Shown here: piece after piece, positions 63,065 to 64,000 of the stretch
How positions within the stretch are numbered: position 1 is the stretch's first letter
Layout: every line of letters starts with the position of its first letter
NCBI RefSeq assembly: GCF_020745735.1
Contig: NC_083435.1
Coordinates: 38,589,090-38,653,089, forward strand
Source: Hemiscyllium ocellatum
Taxonomy: Eukaryota
Length of the DNA stretch: 64,000 nucleotides
Direction: 5' to 3'
Program-made: the position numbers and the translations under genes
The notes under the pieces: generated by a model
Seen by the model: only the letters and a program-made list of their open reading frames with translations
Database searches by the model: none
Told to the model about the DNA's origin: nothing

Positions 63065-63612
63065 CTATCCTGGATTGAATATCATGTGCAGTTCTGGTCT
63101 CCTTCCTATCGGAAAAATGTTGTGAAACTTGAAAGGGTTCAGAAAAGATTTACAAGGATGTTGCCAGGGTTGGAGGATCTGAGCTACAGGGAGAGGCTGA
63201 ACAGGCTGGGGCTGTTTTCCCTGGAGTGTCGGAGGCTGAGGGGTGACCTTAGAGGTTTACAAAATTGAGGGGCATGGATAGGGTAAATAGACAAAGTCTC
63301 TTCCCTGGGTTGGGGGAGTCCAGAACTAGAGGGCACAGGTTTACGGTGAGAGGGGAAAGGTATAAAAGAGACCTAAGGGGCAACTTTTTTGGAGGGTGGT
63401 ACATGTACAGAATGGGCTGCCAGAGGATGTGGTGGAGGCTGGTACAATTACAGCATTTAAGAGGCATTTGGATGGGTATATGAATAGGAAGGGTTTGGAG
63501 GGATATGGGCCGGGTGCTGGCAGGTGGGACTAGATTGGGTTGGGATATCTGGTCAGTATGGACACGTTGGACCGAAGGGTCTGTTTCCATGCTGTAGATC
63601 TCCATGACTCTA
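63065..63612 (+). mobile_element. CR1 3' end
   Basis: EYHVQFWSPSYRK...RRLRGDL and the tail CCATGCTGTAGATCTCCATGACTC. Confidence 0.9.
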
Positions 63613-64000
63613 TATAGTGGTCACTGGCTTCAATTATTGAATTGTTAAATGCGCTGATGAGAAAGGTGGCTGTTTACATGTAAACATGGGCTTACATGGA
63701 ATGTTAAAGCTTCTTTAAAGACTGGTCATATCTCCTTCAATTCAGTTTTGGGCATTCAGCCTGGTTTTATTGGAGGTAATGTTGTGAGATAGAGGGGTTT
63801 TCTCTTCTCGGTAGAAACTGTCTTCTATTGAATCTTGAAGGCTGTTAGGTTTACTAACGTGCTGGAAGTCTGAATTTTAAAAATGATTAAGATATACTGG
63901 AAAAGCTCAGCTGAAATGAAAGCATTTTATTGAATGAAATGGTTGATGTTCCAGGTTAATTACTTTTTAAAAATGTAAAATAGAACATAGAACATAGAAG

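Overview
Eukaryotic, non-microbial DNA, most likely a cartilaginous fish (inferred from HE1-type SINEs, CR1/HER1 LINE tails and the Penelope-type terminal repeats). The window is mostly nested retroelements, and almost all short ORFs in the supplied track are decayed TE fragments or noise. Four structures stand out. (1) A complete Gmr1-type Gypsy element at 14606-32599 (CCTT target-site duplication (TSD), tRNA-Pro PBS, SCAN-like gag, integrase before RT), into which a near-full CR1, a near-full L1, Penelope elements and CR1 tails have inserted. (2) An 8.9-kb class I (gamma/epsilon-like) endogenous retrovirus on the minus strand at 37324-46209. Its ~789-bp LTRs are about 97-98% identical, with PBS, PPT and a tandem-repeat leader, but gag-pro-pol-env are shattered far more than the LTR divergence predicts, which suggests a coding-dead ERV copied in trans. 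(3) Several Penelope termini carrying minimal hammerhead-ribozyme cores, some folded back as hairpins. (4) The only convincing host-gene element: a promoter at about 61945-62370 with an MHC class II-like X-Y module, ten inverted CCAAT boxes and a TATA box, followed by a signal-peptide exon (62415-62553, phase-1 donor). All assignments come from motifs read by eye; no database search was run, and many boundaries are approximate.
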